Of a stretch of 64,000 nt of DNA, positions 26,382 to 36,296 are shown piece by piece. The DNA is from an uncultured Candidatus Saccharibacteria bacterium (lineage in GTDB: Bacteria; Patescibacteriota; JABMPQ01; JAQVVF01), in contig CAZNOH010000001.1 in NCBI GenBank assembly GCA_964574655.1, positions 329,852 through 393,851 on the forward strand. The letters are read 5' to 3'. The notes below the pieces were generated by a model. The model was not told where the DNA came from and made no database searches. It was given only the letters and a program-made list of their open reading frames with translations. The first letter of the stretch is position 1, and each line of letters opens with the position of its first letter. The translations under genes were made by a program, and so were the position numbers.

Positions 26382-27290
26382 ATGTTAAGAATTATAAAAC
26401 ACAGAAGAATATTTTTGACGATTTCAGGGCTTTTGGTTTTGGCATCAATTTTAAGTTTAATATTTATTGGATTTAAGCCAGGAATTGATTTTACTGGCGG
26501 TACGTTGATGGAAATTGATTTTAAAAATAGCAGACCAGATGTTCTTTTGGTAAGAGACAAATTGAATTCATTAGATTTGGGTGTTGCGTTAGTTCAGCCA
26601 GCTTCTGAAAAGGGCGTGATTATAAGAGCAAAAGATTTGAATAATGAACAAAGAAATACAATATTAAAGACTTTAAAAAGTGATTTCAAAGATGCTGGCA
26701 AGGTTTCAGAGCTTCGTTTTGAATCTATTGGTCCAAGTATTGGCAAGGAATTGAAGAACAAGGCAATTATTGCCGTTGCATTGGCATCGATATGTATGAT
26801 TTTGTATATTGCATATGTTTTTCGAAAAATGTCTTCAACTATTTCTTCTTGGAAAATGGGTATTTGCGCTATTTTGGCTTTAATTCATGACATTTTGATT
26901 GTTTGCGGAGTGTTTGTCTTTTTAGGCTATTTCTTAGGTATTGAAATTGATGTTTTGTTTGTGACTGCCTTGCTTGTTGTTCTAGGTTATTCTGTTAATG
27001 ATACAATTGTTGTTTTTGATAGAATCAGATTCAATGTTTTGAAAGATCCATCTATTGATTTAGAAGCCAATACTGAATTAAGCATTAATCAGACTTTGGT
27101 TAGATCTTTGGGTACAGGAATAACAACCTTGTTAGTCTTGTTTGTGCTTTATTTATTTGGAGGACAGGCAATACATTGGTTTGTTTTTGCTTTAATAGTT
27201 GGTATTTCAATTGGCGCTTATTCTTCGATATTTGTTGCTTCATGTTTGTTAGTAGCGTGGGAAAAATGGGATAAGCGTAGACATGCTTAA
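26382..27290 (+). CDS. secF: protein translocase subunit SecF
   Basis: GIDFTGGTLMEIDF, TM pattern; follows secD. Confidence 0.85.
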   Translation: MLRIIKHRRIFLTISGLLVLASILSLIFIGFKPGIDFTGGTLMEIDFKNSRPDVLLVRDKLNSLDLGVALVQPASEKGVIIRAKDLNNEQRNTILKTLKSDFKDAGKVSELRFESIGPSIGKELKNKAIIAVALASICMILYIAYVFRKMSSTISSWKMGICAILALIHDILIVCGVFVFLGYFLGIEIDVLFVTALLVVLGYSVNDTIVVFDRIRFNVLKDPSIDLEANTELSINQTLVRSLGTGITTLLVLFVLYLFGGQAIHWFVFALIVGISIGAYSSIFVASCLLVAWEKWDKRRHA

Positions 27291-27318
27291 TTGCTGAATT
27301 GTTAAATTGTTATGTTAA

Positions 27319-27346
27319 ACAGGATTTAATAGGTCCTGTTTTTTTA
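27319..27346 (+). terminator. rho-independent terminator after secF (AACAGGA..TCCTGTT + T7); back-to-back with minus-strand terminator 27354..27376
   Basis: Hairpin + T-run. Confidence 0.55.
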
Positions 27347-27371
27347 TAATAAAAAAACGAGATTAACTCGT

Positions 27372-27752
27372 TTAGATAGGACAATTTTGTTCTTTGAGCC
27401 ATTGAACAATTTTTTCCAAGTCTGAATAACATTCTTCTCGATTTTGAAATACGAATGGTTTTTTGGGATTTTGTTTCGGTGTTCTTCTTACATGCAGCAT
27501 TTCTTTAAAGTCATAAAAAACTACAAAAGTATTTTCCGGAATTTTTCCGTATAAATCAATGTAAGAAATTTCGGTGTGTGTTTCTCCTCCGATAATTACA
27601 ATAAATGGAGGTTGGGATACTCGGACTGCTCTTTCAAATTCTTCTTCTTCGTCAACTGTTTGGATAGTTGAATCTTTGAGGCATGAATGTCTAAGACATG
27701 ATCTTATTATTTTTGCGCTTTGTTCGTCTTGTTCATAGAGAACGATTTTCAT
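27372..27752 (-). CDS. hypothetical protein, degenerate receiver-like (pseudo-receiver) fold
   Basis: MKIVLYEQDEQSAKIIRSCL...FIVIIGG pattern resembles CheY-like fold lacking phospho-Asp; strong SD GGAGGAG. Confidence 0.4.
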   Translation of the reverse strand: MKIVLYEQDEQSAKIIRSCLRHSCLKDSTIQTVDEEEEFERAVRVSQPPFIVIIGGETHTEISYIDLYGKIPENTFVVFYDFKEMLHVRRTPKQNPKKPFVFQNREECYSDLEKIVQWLKEQNCPI

Positions 27753-27880
27753 GGCTCCTCCTTGTTTCTTAGGGTGCTGGTTTTAAATTTATGCTTGAAA
27801 TGGGTTTTTGTCAAGCAGGTTTTGACTTTTAAGCTTTGGATTGTTATACTAAAGATTGAAAATGAATTTATTTTTTTATT

Positions 27881-28369
27881 ATGTTAGAGAATTTGAATAA
27901 TTACGCGTTTATTGATAGCCAAAATATTAATTTGTCAATTTTAAAGCAAGGTTGGAAATTAGATTTTGCAAAGTTTAGAAAATATATAAGTGACAAATAT
28001 AGTATAAACAAGGCCTTTCTTTATATTGGCTATGTTCCGCAAAATCAGAGAATGTACACTTTTTTACAGCAGAAAGGATATATATTAGTTTTTAAGCCTA
28101 CAAATTTATTACCAAACGGAAAAGTAAAAGGCAATGTTGATGCGGAACTTGTTTTGCATGCGATGATTGAATTTAAAAATTATAATAAGGCATTAATAGT
28201 GACTGGTGACGGTGATTTTTATTGTTTGGTTGATTATTTAAAAAAATGTAATAAATTACTAAAATTAATGGTGCCAAATAAATATAAATATTCTTCTTTG
28301 TTTAGAAAGCTGAATCCTGATATTGTTTTTATGAATAATTTAAGAAATAAGTTAGCATATAAAAAATAA
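27881..28369 (+). CDS. NYN/LabA-like PIN-family nuclease domain protein
   Basis: AFIDSQN...GNVDAELVLHAM...LIVTGDGDF acidic residues of NYN domain. Confidence 0.6.
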   Translation: MLENLNNYAFIDSQNINLSILKQGWKLDFAKFRKYISDKYSINKAFLYIGYVPQNQRMYTFLQQKGYILVFKPTNLLPNGKVKGNVDAELVLHAMIEFKNYNKALIVTGDGDFYCLVDYLKKCNKLLKLMVPNKYKYSSLFRKLNPDIVFMNNLRNKLAYKK

Positions 28370-28479
28370 AAGAGAGGCATTGCCGCAGGACGGAACCCTT
28401 TGGATAGCCTCTCATCGTGATTGCTTTAAGTATCGCATATTTTAATTTTTTGTCAATATAATTTTTGTAAGTCAAATTT

Positions 28480-30273
28480 ATGTTAAGAACTCATACTTGC
28501 GGGCAATTGAGCCTGAAAGATAATAAAAATAAAGTTAAATTGGCTGGATGGGTAAATTCCAGGCGCGATCATGGCGGGTTGATATTTTTGGATTTGCGGG
28601 ATCGATACGGAATTACGCAGGTTGTTTTTGATCCAAAAAATAAAGAAGCTTTTGATTTGGCAGATAAAGTAAGAGATGAATTTGTTGTTTTAGTTAATGG
28701 TTTAGTTAGAGAAAGACCTGAAGAAATGATTAATAAAAAAATTAAAACTGGCGTGATAGAAATTTTAGCTGATAAAATTGAAGTTTTAAGTACTTCAAAG
28801 ACTCCGCCCTTTACTATTAATACTGAAAAAGAAGTCAACGAGGATTTAAGATTAAAGTATAGATTTTTGGATTTGCGACATGCAAGACTTCAGAATATTT
28901 TGAAAAAAAGAGATGAAATGATTACTTATATACGTGAATATTTTCACAAGAATGATTTTATTGAAGTTCAGACTCCAATTCTAGCAAATTCTTCTCCAGA
29001 AGGAGCAAGAGATTATTTAGTTCCATCAAGAGTTTATCCGGGAAAGTTTTTTGCTTTGCCTCAAGCTCCACAACAATTCAAACAATTATTGATGGTTGCA
29101 GGATTAGATAAATATTTTCAAATTGCGCCATGCTTTCGCGATGAAGATCCAAGAGCTGATCGTCATCCTGGCGATTTTTATCAAATTGACATGGAGATGA
29201 GCTTTGTTGATCAAGAAGATGTTTGGAAAATGATTGAACCTTTAATGATCGAACTAACTGAAAAATTTTCAGATAAAAAAATAATTACAAAGCCTTTTCC
29301 AAGATTTACTTACAAAGAAATAATGAGCAAATACGGATCTGACAAACCTGATTTGAGATTTGATTTTGAAATAAAAGATGTGTCTAAAATAGTTGAAAAA
29401 TCTGGTTTCAAAGTTTTTAGCGAGGTCTTAAATAATAAAGGCGTGGTTTACGCGTTGAAAATTACTGATGGCGCCAAGTTTTCAAGAAGCGAGATTGATA
29501 GTTTAACAGAGATTGCAAGAAGTAAAGGCGCAAAAGGTTTGGCTTATATTGTCTATGGAGCTTCGGAAATCGGAGATCAGAAATCGGAAACTTCTGGTTT
29601 AAAATCGCCGATCCTGAAATTTTTGTCGGACGATGAAGTTAAAGGAATTACTGATTTAACGAAAGCGAAATCTGGTGATATCGTATTTTTTGGTGCTGAT
29701 GTTTGGAAAACTGCTTGTATGTCTTTGGGAGCTGTTAGAGAAGAATGTGGCAGGAAATTAAATTCAAAAGATCCAAAAAAAGCTGCTTGGCTTTGGATTT
29801 GTGATTATCCAATGTATGACATGTCAGAGCTTGAGCATGGTAAGATTGATTTTTCCCACAATCCTTTTTCAATGCCACAAAGAGGCTTTGAAGCTTTAGA
29901 GAAAAAAGATCCATTAGAAATATTGGCTTATCAATATGATATTGTTTGCAATGGCTATGAAGTGAGCTCTGGAGCAATTAGAAATCATGATCCAAAAACA
30001 ATGTACAAAGCCTTTGAGATTGCTGGATATTCTAAAGAAGATGTTGATAAAAAATTCGGCCATATGATCAAAGCTTTTGAATTTGGCGCTCCTCCTCATG
30101 GTGGTTGTGCTCCTGGCTTAGATAGGTTAATGATGATTTTGTTAGAATGTCCAAGCATCCGTGATATTTATGCTTTTCCAAAAAATGGCAAAGCTCAAGA
30201 TGTAATGCTTGGCGCACCATCAACTGTTTCTGAAAAACAATTGAAAGAATTGCATCTGAAGATAGTTGATTAG
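28480..30273 (+). CDS. aspS: aspartyl-tRNA synthetase
   Basis: Class II aaRS motifs (FRDEDPRADRHPGDFYQIDMEMSF, GGCAPGLDRLMMIL), OB-fold N-term. Confidence 0.9.
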   Translation: MLRTHTCGQLSLKDNKNKVKLAGWVNSRRDHGGLIFLDLRDRYGITQVVFDPKNKEAFDLADKVRDEFVVLVNGLVRERPEEMINKKIKTGVIEILADKIEVLSTSKTPPFTINTEKEVNEDLRLKYRFLDLRHARLQNILKKRDEMITYIREYFHKNDFIEVQTPILANSSPEGARDYLVPSRVYPGKFFALPQAPQQFKQLLMVAGLDKYFQIAPCFRDEDPRADRHPGDFYQIDMEMSFVDQEDVWKMIEPLMIELTEKFSDKKIITKPFPRFTYKEIMSKYGSDKPDLRFDFEIKDVSKIVEKSGFKVFSEVLNNKGVVYALKITDGAKFSRSEIDSLTEIARSKGAKGLAYIVYGASEIGDQKSETSGLKSPILKFLSDDEVKGITDLTKAKSGDIVFFGADVWKTACMSLGAVREECGRKLNSKDPKKAAWLWICDYPMYDMSELEHGKIDFSHNPFSMPQRGFEALEKKDPLEILAYQYDIVCNGYEVSSGAIRNHDPKTMYKAFEIAGYSKEDVDKKFGHMIKAFEFGAPPHGGCAPGLDRLMMILLECPSIRDIYAFPKNGKAQDVMLGAPSTVSEKQLKELHLKIVD

Positions 30274-30307
30274 TTAATTAGTTTATTAGTGATTAGGGTC
30301 GAGATTT

Positions 30308-30393
30308 CTACTCTGTCCATGGCAGAGGTAGTACAGATTGCATATAAAATTTAGTTTTTGACAATATCGAAACCCTTGCCATGGGCAAGGTAG
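30308..30393. repeat. two REP-like hairpins with CCATGG loops: CTAC-TCTGTCCATGGCAGAG-GTAG (30308..30331) and CCCTTGCCATGGGCAAGG-TAG (30373..30393)
   Basis: GTAG/CTAC flanks, 3' of aspS. Confidence 0.55.
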
Positions 30394-30421
30394 AATACTT
30401 TAAAAAATTAAAATAAAAATT

Positions 30422-31783
30422 ATGTTGAAAAAAATTGTTTTTTCTTTGCTGGCTTTGGTTTTTTCTCTGCCTTATGTTGTTTCTGCAGATGGAGGTATAT
30501 TACCGCCACCGAATTATTATGTTAGAGAAGACAGTCAAAAAGCAGTAATTGTTTATGATCAAGGTGTTGAAACTTTGATTTTGTCAGTTGAATTTTCTGG
30601 TGATGCAAAACAATTTGGCTGGATAATTCCAACACCAGCTAGGCCAGAAGTCTCAAAATCTTCAGATGAATTATTTAAATCTCTGGAAGATTTGACTGGT
30701 AGTACAGTAGTCTATGATCAAACTTATGGTTTAGGTAGCGCGCCAGAAGCTATGAAAGAAAGTGTTACTGTTTTGGAAAGAAAGAAAATTGATATTTATG
30801 ATATTGCAGTTTTGGAATCAACTAGCAGTCAGGATCTTGCAAAATGGTTAAAAGATAATGGATTTCAATATCCAGAGAATGAAGCTTATATTTTTGATGA
30901 TTATATCAAAAATAGTTGGGTCTTTACGGCTGTAAAAGTCCAGGCAGAATTTTTAGATACTGTTGCTTCAAAAAGATTGAGTGAGGGTAGAGCAACACCT
31001 TTGCAATTGGTTTTTAAATCAGAAAATATTGTTTATCCTTTGAAAATTTCTGCTGTACAAGTCGAAAAAGCAAAACAGAAAAATACAAATGCTGTTTTTG
31101 ATGATGAAAGAGATTTGTATACAATTCAAGGCGAAACAGCTGTTTTAAAACAAGAATATTTATCAATATATTATCCGCCAACTGAACCACAGGTTGGAAT
31201 TACGCTTTATGTTTTAGCAGATCATAAAAAAACAGTGCCAGGATTTGCAACTGATTATGCTGGATTTGTAAAACCTGAACAAGTTGAAAAATGGGCAATT
31301 GTTTCTGGAAAGCCATGGATGGAAACTTCAAATAAGTATTTTTTGACTAAGCTGTATGACTCGATGACAACTTCTGAGATGACTGATGATTTGTATCTGC
31401 GAGATGCTGATGATAATAAAACGGTTGGGACTGGAATTGATCAAGGATGGAAAACAGTCACTAAAGAAATATTGTATTTCTTTTTGTATTTAATAATCTG
31501 GATTATTTCGCCAATTGGAATTATCTTTTTGATTGCAACGCTAGTTCAATTTTTAGCTAAATCAAATGTGGCGCATATTATTGCTTGGGTATTTCAGATT
31601 TTGATGTTTTTGGGAAATTTAGTTTTTGTGATTTTGTTTAATTTGGCTTCTTTAGATTCTGGTTCAACCTCAACGTTTAAAATGTCTTTAGGGTTGAATA
31701 TTGCGAGTTATTTGACGATATTGATAATGGTCATTGTTGTAATTTGTCAGGAAATGTATAAACGACGGAAATTAAAAAAATAG
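30422..31783 (+). CDS. secreted protein with C-terminal TM helices, hypothetical
   Basis: Signal peptide; GGILPPPNYY...FGWIIPTP; 3 C-terminal TM segments. Confidence 0.4.
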   Translation: MLKKIVFSLLALVFSLPYVVSADGGILPPPNYYVREDSQKAVIVYDQGVETLILSVEFSGDAKQFGWIIPTPARPEVSKSSDELFKSLEDLTGSTVVYDQTYGLGSAPEAMKESVTVLERKKIDIYDIAVLESTSSQDLAKWLKDNGFQYPENEAYIFDDYIKNSWVFTAVKVQAEFLDTVASKRLSEGRATPLQLVFKSENIVYPLKISAVQVEKAKQKNTNAVFDDERDLYTIQGETAVLKQEYLSIYYPPTEPQVGITLYVLADHKKTVPGFATDYAGFVKPEQVEKWAIVSGKPWMETSNKYFLTKLYDSMTTSEMTDDLYLRDADDNKTVGTGIDQGWKTVTKEILYFFLYLIIWIISPIGIIFLIATLVQFLAKSNVAHIIAWVFQILMFLGNLVFVILFNLASLDSGSTSTFKMSLGLNIASYLTILIMVIVVICQEMYKRRKLKK

Positions 31784-31797
31784 ATATTACTGACATT

Positions 31798-31872
31798 ACG
31801 ACCCAACTTTTCACCCTGCGGGTGATCAACCGAAGGTTGAAGTTGGGGTTCGGCAAACTTTAGTTTGCAGGG
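31798..31872. repeat. REP-like element with nested hairpin: CGACCCAACTT-[CACCCTGCGGGTG..]-AAGTTGGGG-TTCGGCAAACTTTAGTTTGCAGGG
   Basis: Same tail as 15097 copy; 3' of preceding gene. Confidence 0.55.
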
Positions 31873-31915
31873 TTAGGGAATTTGTAGATGAATATTAATA
31901 ATTAGTTTTAAAATC

Positions 31916-32359
31916 ATGAAAGAAGGAGAGCCAAAAGGATTTGAAGATGACCAGCAATCTGCAAATGATGGACAAGAGCCAAAAGAAGGAACAACTGGCA
32001 ATGAACAAAAAATAGAAACTGAAGAAACAGGCAAAATGGAGCAATGGGAAATTGATTCTTTTTTAGAAAAATCTATCGAAGCTTACAGGGAACAGGTCAG
32101 ATCTTGCGAGGAACATGTTATAAAAGCTGATTTAGATATTGCAGAGGCTGAGAAACTTAGAGATGGTGTAAAAAATAATCCAAAGCTTTTAGAATATGCT
32201 GATCGTGTTGTGAAAGATTGGAAGGAGTTGCGACGAAATTTTATTGATGATAAAAATAGAGCTTTATTTATGATCGAACAATATCAAGAGGCTTTGGACG
32301 AACGTCAAAAACTGTATGAGCAAATCGCTGAAAAAACTAATCAAGGATCGGATAATTAA
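31916..32359 (+). CDS. acidic coiled-coil hypothetical protein
   Basis: ORF only. Confidence 0.35.
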   Translation: MKEGEPKGFEDDQQSANDGQEPKEGTTGNEQKIETEETGKMEQWEIDSFLEKSIEAYREQVRSCEEHVIKADLDIAEAEKLRDGVKNNPKLLEYADRVVKDWKELRRNFIDDKNRALFMIEQYQEALDERQKLYEQIAEKTNQGSDN

Positions 32360-32365
32360 TTTTTT

Positions 32366-32851
32366 ATGTTAAAGAAATTAGAAAATTTTTTAAAGAATAA
32401 AAAAGCGAAATTTAAAACAATAAATCATCGCAAAGTTTATACTGCTTGGGATAGTGCAGCAACACAACATATAAATATTAAAACTGTTGCAAAAACTTTA
32501 TTAGTCAAGGCAGATAATGATTATTATTTTGTTGTTTTGTCAGCAAATAAAAAGTTAGATATTAATAAATTAAAGAAAGTTATTAATAAAGAAAGAAAAA
32601 AAGAAGATTTGAAAGCTATTAAAAGAATATCTTTGTGTTCTGAAACTGTTGTTAAGAAAAAGATTGTTGGAAAAGAAGGAGCTTTGTCAGTATTTGGCAG
32701 TTTTTATGGATATAAAACTTTTGTAGATTCTTTATTATTAAAGCAAAAGAAAATTAATTTGAATGCTGGAAGTTTTACTGAATCATTGGAAATGACGCCA
32801 GCGAATTATAAAAAAATAGAAGAGCCGATTATTGGAAGTCTTGGAAAATAA
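32366..32851 (+). CDS. YbaK/ProX-type aminoacyl-tRNA deacylase domain protein
   Basis: KTLLVKADNDYYFVVLSANKKLDINKLKK...GSFYG pattern of YbaK family. Confidence 0.5.
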   Translation: MLKKLENFLKNKKAKFKTINHRKVYTAWDSAATQHINIKTVAKTLLVKADNDYYFVVLSANKKLDINKLKKVINKERKKEDLKAIKRISLCSETVVKKKIVGKEGALSVFGSFYGYKTFVDSLLLKQKKINLNAGSFTESLEMTPANYKKIEEPIIGSLGK

Positions 32852-32892
32852 TAATCGCGAATTTACACAAATTTACCACCAATACTACACAA

Positions 32893-33564
32893 ATGCGAGA
32901 ACAAGCACCAATTCATGATATGAGCATAGAAACTGGAATAGAATCCAAGCCTGGTTTGGAATTGGCGAAAGGCGAGGGATTTGATGCTGTTGTTGATATA
33001 GCTAATTATTTGGCTGGAAAAATTGAAAGAGATGAACCAATAAAAGTTGAACAGGTGATGAATTTGGACGAAGCTTTGGGTAAAATTAAAATTGATGTCG
33101 GTGGTGATCAAATGACATTGGCGGAAGCAAGGCGAATTCCTGATTTGGGGAGCAATCTGGAAATTTATAAAATGTTTGAAAGGCAAGATAGGAGGGGTTT
33201 AGGACTATTCAAATCTGATTATGAACAAATGACATATTTGCCTATAAAAATTGCAAGAATTTTAATTCGAAGGTCAGCCGGATCAGTCGAATATTTGTAT
33301 TTAGGCAATATAAAAGTAATATCTGATGAAGTCGCGCAAGAGATAAGCAATTTTAGAGGAACAGTGCTATTGAATGGATTGGAGACATTGACTGACATCC
33401 AAGCTGATCATTTGGCTAATATATATGGTGTTCTTACGTTGTATGGTTTGAAAAATATTTCTGATGCTGGTTTAGGATCTTTATTGTGGTCAAATGCGAG
33501 TTTGGATGTAAGGTTTTCGAAAGATATTCAAAAAAAGTTTGGATTATTTAGTAGAACAAAATGA
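32893..33564 (+). CDS. hypothetical protein with leucine-rich-repeat-like C-terminus; paralog of 678..1334
   Basis: PGLELAKGEGFDAVVDIANYLAGKIERDE...LDEALGKIKIDVGGDQMTLAEARRIPDL; C-term LxxLxxLTDIQADHLANIYGVLTLYGLKNISDAGLGSL. Confidence 0.5.
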   Translation: MREQAPIHDMSIETGIESKPGLELAKGEGFDAVVDIANYLAGKIERDEPIKVEQVMNLDEALGKIKIDVGGDQMTLAEARRIPDLGSNLEIYKMFERQDRRGLGLFKSDYEQMTYLPIKIARILIRRSAGSVEYLYLGNIKVISDEVAQEISNFRGTVLLNGLETLTDIQADHLANIYGVLTLYGLKNISDAGLGSLLWSNASLDVRFSKDIQKKFGLFSRTK

Positions 33565-34280
33565 TAGTTTATAAAGTTAAATTAGAAAAATTTGAAGGAC
33601 CTTTGGATTTACTTTTAGATTTGATTGAAAAAGAAAAAATGGATATTACCCATGTTTCTCTTTCAAAAGTAACAGATGATTATCTAAAGTATCTAGAAAG
33701 TTCAGAGGGAATTAATCCAAGCATCTTGGCTGATTTTTTGCATGTGGCTGCTCAATTAATTTTAATAAAGTCAAGAAATCTTTTGCCAGAAATTAATTTA
33801 GGAACAGATGAGGAAGTGTCAGCAGCTGAATTGCAAGCTAGATTGATGCAATACAAAAAATATAAAGATTTGTCATTAAAGATTCAAGAATTATATGGCA
33901 AGAACATTTCTTTTGAGCAAAAATTTAGTATGCAAAAAATTGATGCTTTTTATCCTGGCAAGACTTTGGATTTTAAAAATATGAATTTAGCTTTGGTTGA
34001 TTTGTTAGGCAGATTTGAAAAGCTAGTTGTTTTGGAAAAGAAAATAATTAAAAAGGCTGTTTCGATTAAAGAAAAAATTGTTTATATAAAAAGTTTGATT
34101 TTAAAACAGGCAAAATTTAAATTTCATGATTTGATAAAAAATAAAAAATCAAAAACTGAAACAATTGTTTCTTTTTTAGCATTATTAGAATTAGCAAAAC
34201 AGCATTTTTTGTTTGTACAGCAAGACAAAATTTTTGGCGATATTTCAATAAATAATTCTTCGGATTCTACCCGGCTTTAG
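33561..34280 (+). CDS. scpA: segregation and condensation protein A
   Basis: KLEKFEGPLDLLLDLIEKEKMDITHVSLSKVTDDYLKYL. Confidence 0.75.
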   Translation: MIVYKVKLEKFEGPLDLLLDLIEKEKMDITHVSLSKVTDDYLKYLESSEGINPSILADFLHVAAQLILIKSRNLLPEINLGTDEEVSAAELQARLMQYKKYKDLSLKIQELYGKNISFEQKFSMQKIDAFYPGKTLDFKNMNLALVDLLGRFEKLVVLEKKIIKKAVSIKEKIVYIKSLILKQAKFKFHDLIKNKKSKTETIVSFLALLELAKQHFLFVQQDKIFGDISINNSSDSTRL

Positions 34281-34336
34281 CCGAGGGGTCGGAAAGCTTT
34301 AGCTTTCGTCACTTGTGAACTGAAGTTCACCGACCC
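34267..34336. repeat. REPIN-like doublet: CTACCCGGCTTTAGCCGAGGGGTCGG ... CCGACCCTTTGGCTAAAGCCAAGTAG (two inverted REP copies), overlapping scpA stop
   Basis: Second copy is reverse complement of first with compensatory changes; GTAG/CTAC at outer ends. Confidence 0.6.
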
Positions 34337-34370
34337 TTTGGCTAAAGCCAAGTAGAAATAAAAAAATATT

Positions 34371-34931
34371 ATGTTAAATATGAATAGTGCGCTAGAATCA
34401 TTAATATTTGCATCAGGAAAACCAATCGAAATAAAAAAGCTTGGAAAGATTTGTAATCTAGATTGCAAAAAAGTTCAGGATTCTCTTGTAAAATTAAATG
34501 ATGAATACGAAAAAAATGATCGAGGCATTAGACTAGTTTTAAAGTCAGACGTTGTGCAAATGGTTACAGCTCCCAAGAATTCAGAGATTGTAAAAAGTCT
34601 TTCAACAAGCGAATTAGCTGAAGATCTATCAACTGTGTCATTGGAAAGTTTGACGATTATTGCCTATAAGGGTCCAATTACTCGCGCTGAGCTTGAGGCA
34701 ATCAGAGGAGTTAATTGTTTATATGTTTTGAGAACTTTGTTGATAAGAGGTTTGATTGAGAAAAAACAACATCCAAAAGATTCGAGATTAGGAATCTATG
34801 AAGTAACAACAAAATTTTTACGGCATTTAGGATTAAAAAATATTTCTGATTTGCCAAATTATGAAGATTTGAAGAAAAAAATAAATGCGCCAGCAATTGA
34901 AAAGAAAGATGAGCAAAAAATATCGGTTTAA
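34371..34931 (+). CDS. scpB: segregation and condensation protein B
   Basis: LESLIFASGKPIEIKKL...winged-helix tandem. Confidence 0.75.
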   Translation: MLNMNSALESLIFASGKPIEIKKLGKICNLDCKKVQDSLVKLNDEYEKNDRGIRLVLKSDVVQMVTAPKNSEIVKSLSTSELAEDLSTVSLESLTIIAYKGPITRAELEAIRGVNCLYVLRTLLIRGLIEKKQHPKDSRLGIYEVTTKFLRHLGLKNISDLPNYEDLKKKINAPAIEKKDEQKISV

Positions 34932-35016
34932 TAGTCTTGACTGGTTATTGATTTTGGCAACTAAAAAAGGTAAACTTTAAGATAAAAGAAATTATTAAAA
35001 TTTAAAAATAATATTT

Positions 35017-35595
35017 ATGGGAAAGTATTTCAGACCGTCATGGGATGATTATTACATGGCGATTGCAAAGATTATTGGGACAAGAGGGACTTGCGACAGA
35101 TTGAGGGCTGGAGCAGTATTGGTGAAAAACAAAAGGATTATTTCAACTGGATATAATGGCGCGCCTCCAGAATTAGGACACTGCGATGATATTGGTCATT
35201 TGATGGAAGAAGGTCATTGCGTTAGAACAATTCATGGCGAGCATAATGCTATTTTGCAAGCCGCTGTTTTGGGCAGTACTTCAACTGTTGGATCAATATT
35301 ATATACTCTTTATAATCCTTGTATTCATTGCGCAAAATATGTTGTGATGGCTGGTATAAAAAGAATAGTAATTGGACAAATTTATCGTGGAGAAAAAGCA
35401 TTAGATTATTTGAAAAAAGCTGGATTAGAAGTCGAATTATACAAACCAAGCGCTGAATGGGATAGAAATTTATTAAAACTTTTTTCTGCTGATATCGAAA
35501 AAGTTGAGGCAAAGGAAGGAAATGTGAAATTAAGCGAAGATAAGATTGATGATTTGAATATTGTACAGCCTAATCAAACAGTCAGGCCGTTATAA
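35017..35595 (+). CDS. dCMP deaminase (ComEB-like cytidine/deoxycytidylate deaminase)
   Basis: HGEHNAI and PCIHCAKYVVMAGIKRIV zinc-binding motifs. Confidence 0.75.
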   Translation: MGKYFRPSWDDYYMAIAKIIGTRGTCDRLRAGAVLVKNKRIISTGYNGAPPELGHCDDIGHLMEEGHCVRTIHGEHNAILQAAVLGSTSTVGSILYTLYNPCIHCAKYVVMAGIKRIVIGQIYRGEKALDYLKKAGLEVELYKPSAEWDRNLLKLFSADIEKVEAKEGNVKLSEDKIDDLNIVQPNQTVRPL

Positions 35596-35600
35596 TTTTG

Positions 35601-35677
35601 TGTCATCCCGAACCGCTGTGAGGGATCCCGTTATCGAGTAAATAATCACGGGATTCTTCGCTTCGCTCAGAATGACA
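35601..35677. repeat. 77-nt hairpin element with TGTCATYCTGAG-type terminal inverted repeats (copy A)
   Basis: TGTCATCCCGAACC...CTCAGAATGACA; inverted copy at 36297..36375. Confidence 0.55.
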
Positions 35678-35680
35678 AAA

Positions 35681-35700
35681 TAGATATTATGGATATTCGG
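35681..35700 (+). promoter_or_regulatory. GATATT array tagatattatggatattcgg upstream of kinase gene
   Basis: Shared motif family. Confidence 0.3.
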
Positions 35701-35722
35701 AAATTAAATTATTTATTAATTT

Positions 35723-36295
35723 ATGAAAAAAAACAAAGTGATTGCTGTTGTTGGAATGCCAGGAGCGGGCAAAACTGAAGCAGCAATGTATTTATTAAAA
35801 AAGGGATTAAACAGAGTTTACTTTGGTGATTGTTGTTTTGATGAGATCAAAAAAAGAAAATTAAAAACTAATGCAAAAATTGAAAAAGAGATCAGAGAAG
35901 AATTAAGGAAAAAACATGGGATGGGTGCTTTCGCGATCCTTTCAATGCCAAAAGTAAAAGATGCTTTTAAAAAAGGGGATGTGGTAATTGAAAGTATGTA
36001 TTCTTGGGATGAATACAAGATTGTTAAAGATAAATATAAGAATGATTTTAAAGTTATTGCTGTTTGCGCCAATACTGAGCTTAGACACAAGAGATTAACA
36101 GGCAGAAAAGAATTGAAACATGGTGTTGCTCGAAAATTTTCTTTGAAAGATGCATCTGAAAGAGACTTTGTTCAGATTGAAAATATTGCAACTGGCGGAC
36201 CGATTGCAATTGCTGATTATATTATTTTGAACGAAGGATCAAAGAAGGCTTTGTTTGAAAATTTGGATAAAGTATTGAAAAAAGAAAAAGTTTGA
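35723..36295 (+). CDS. P-loop nucleoside/nucleotide kinase family protein (dNMP/dephospho-CoA-kinase-like)
   Basis: Walker A VIAVVGMPGAGKT; located between dCMP deaminase and thymidine kinase. Confidence 0.5.
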   Translation: MKKNKVIAVVGMPGAGKTEAAMYLLKKGLNRVYFGDCCFDEIKKRKLKTNAKIEKEIREELRKKHGMGAFAILSMPKVKDAFKKGDVVIESMYSWDEYKIVKDKYKNDFKVIAVCANTELRHKRLTGRKELKHGVARKFSLKDASERDFVQIENIATGGPIAIADYIILNEGSKKALFENLDKVLKKEKV

Positions 36296-36296
36296 T

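Noticed and set aside
28370-28479. T-box leader upstream of aspS
   Set aside because: The spacer is only ~110 nt and lacks the T-box consensus and specifier/antiterminator arrangement.
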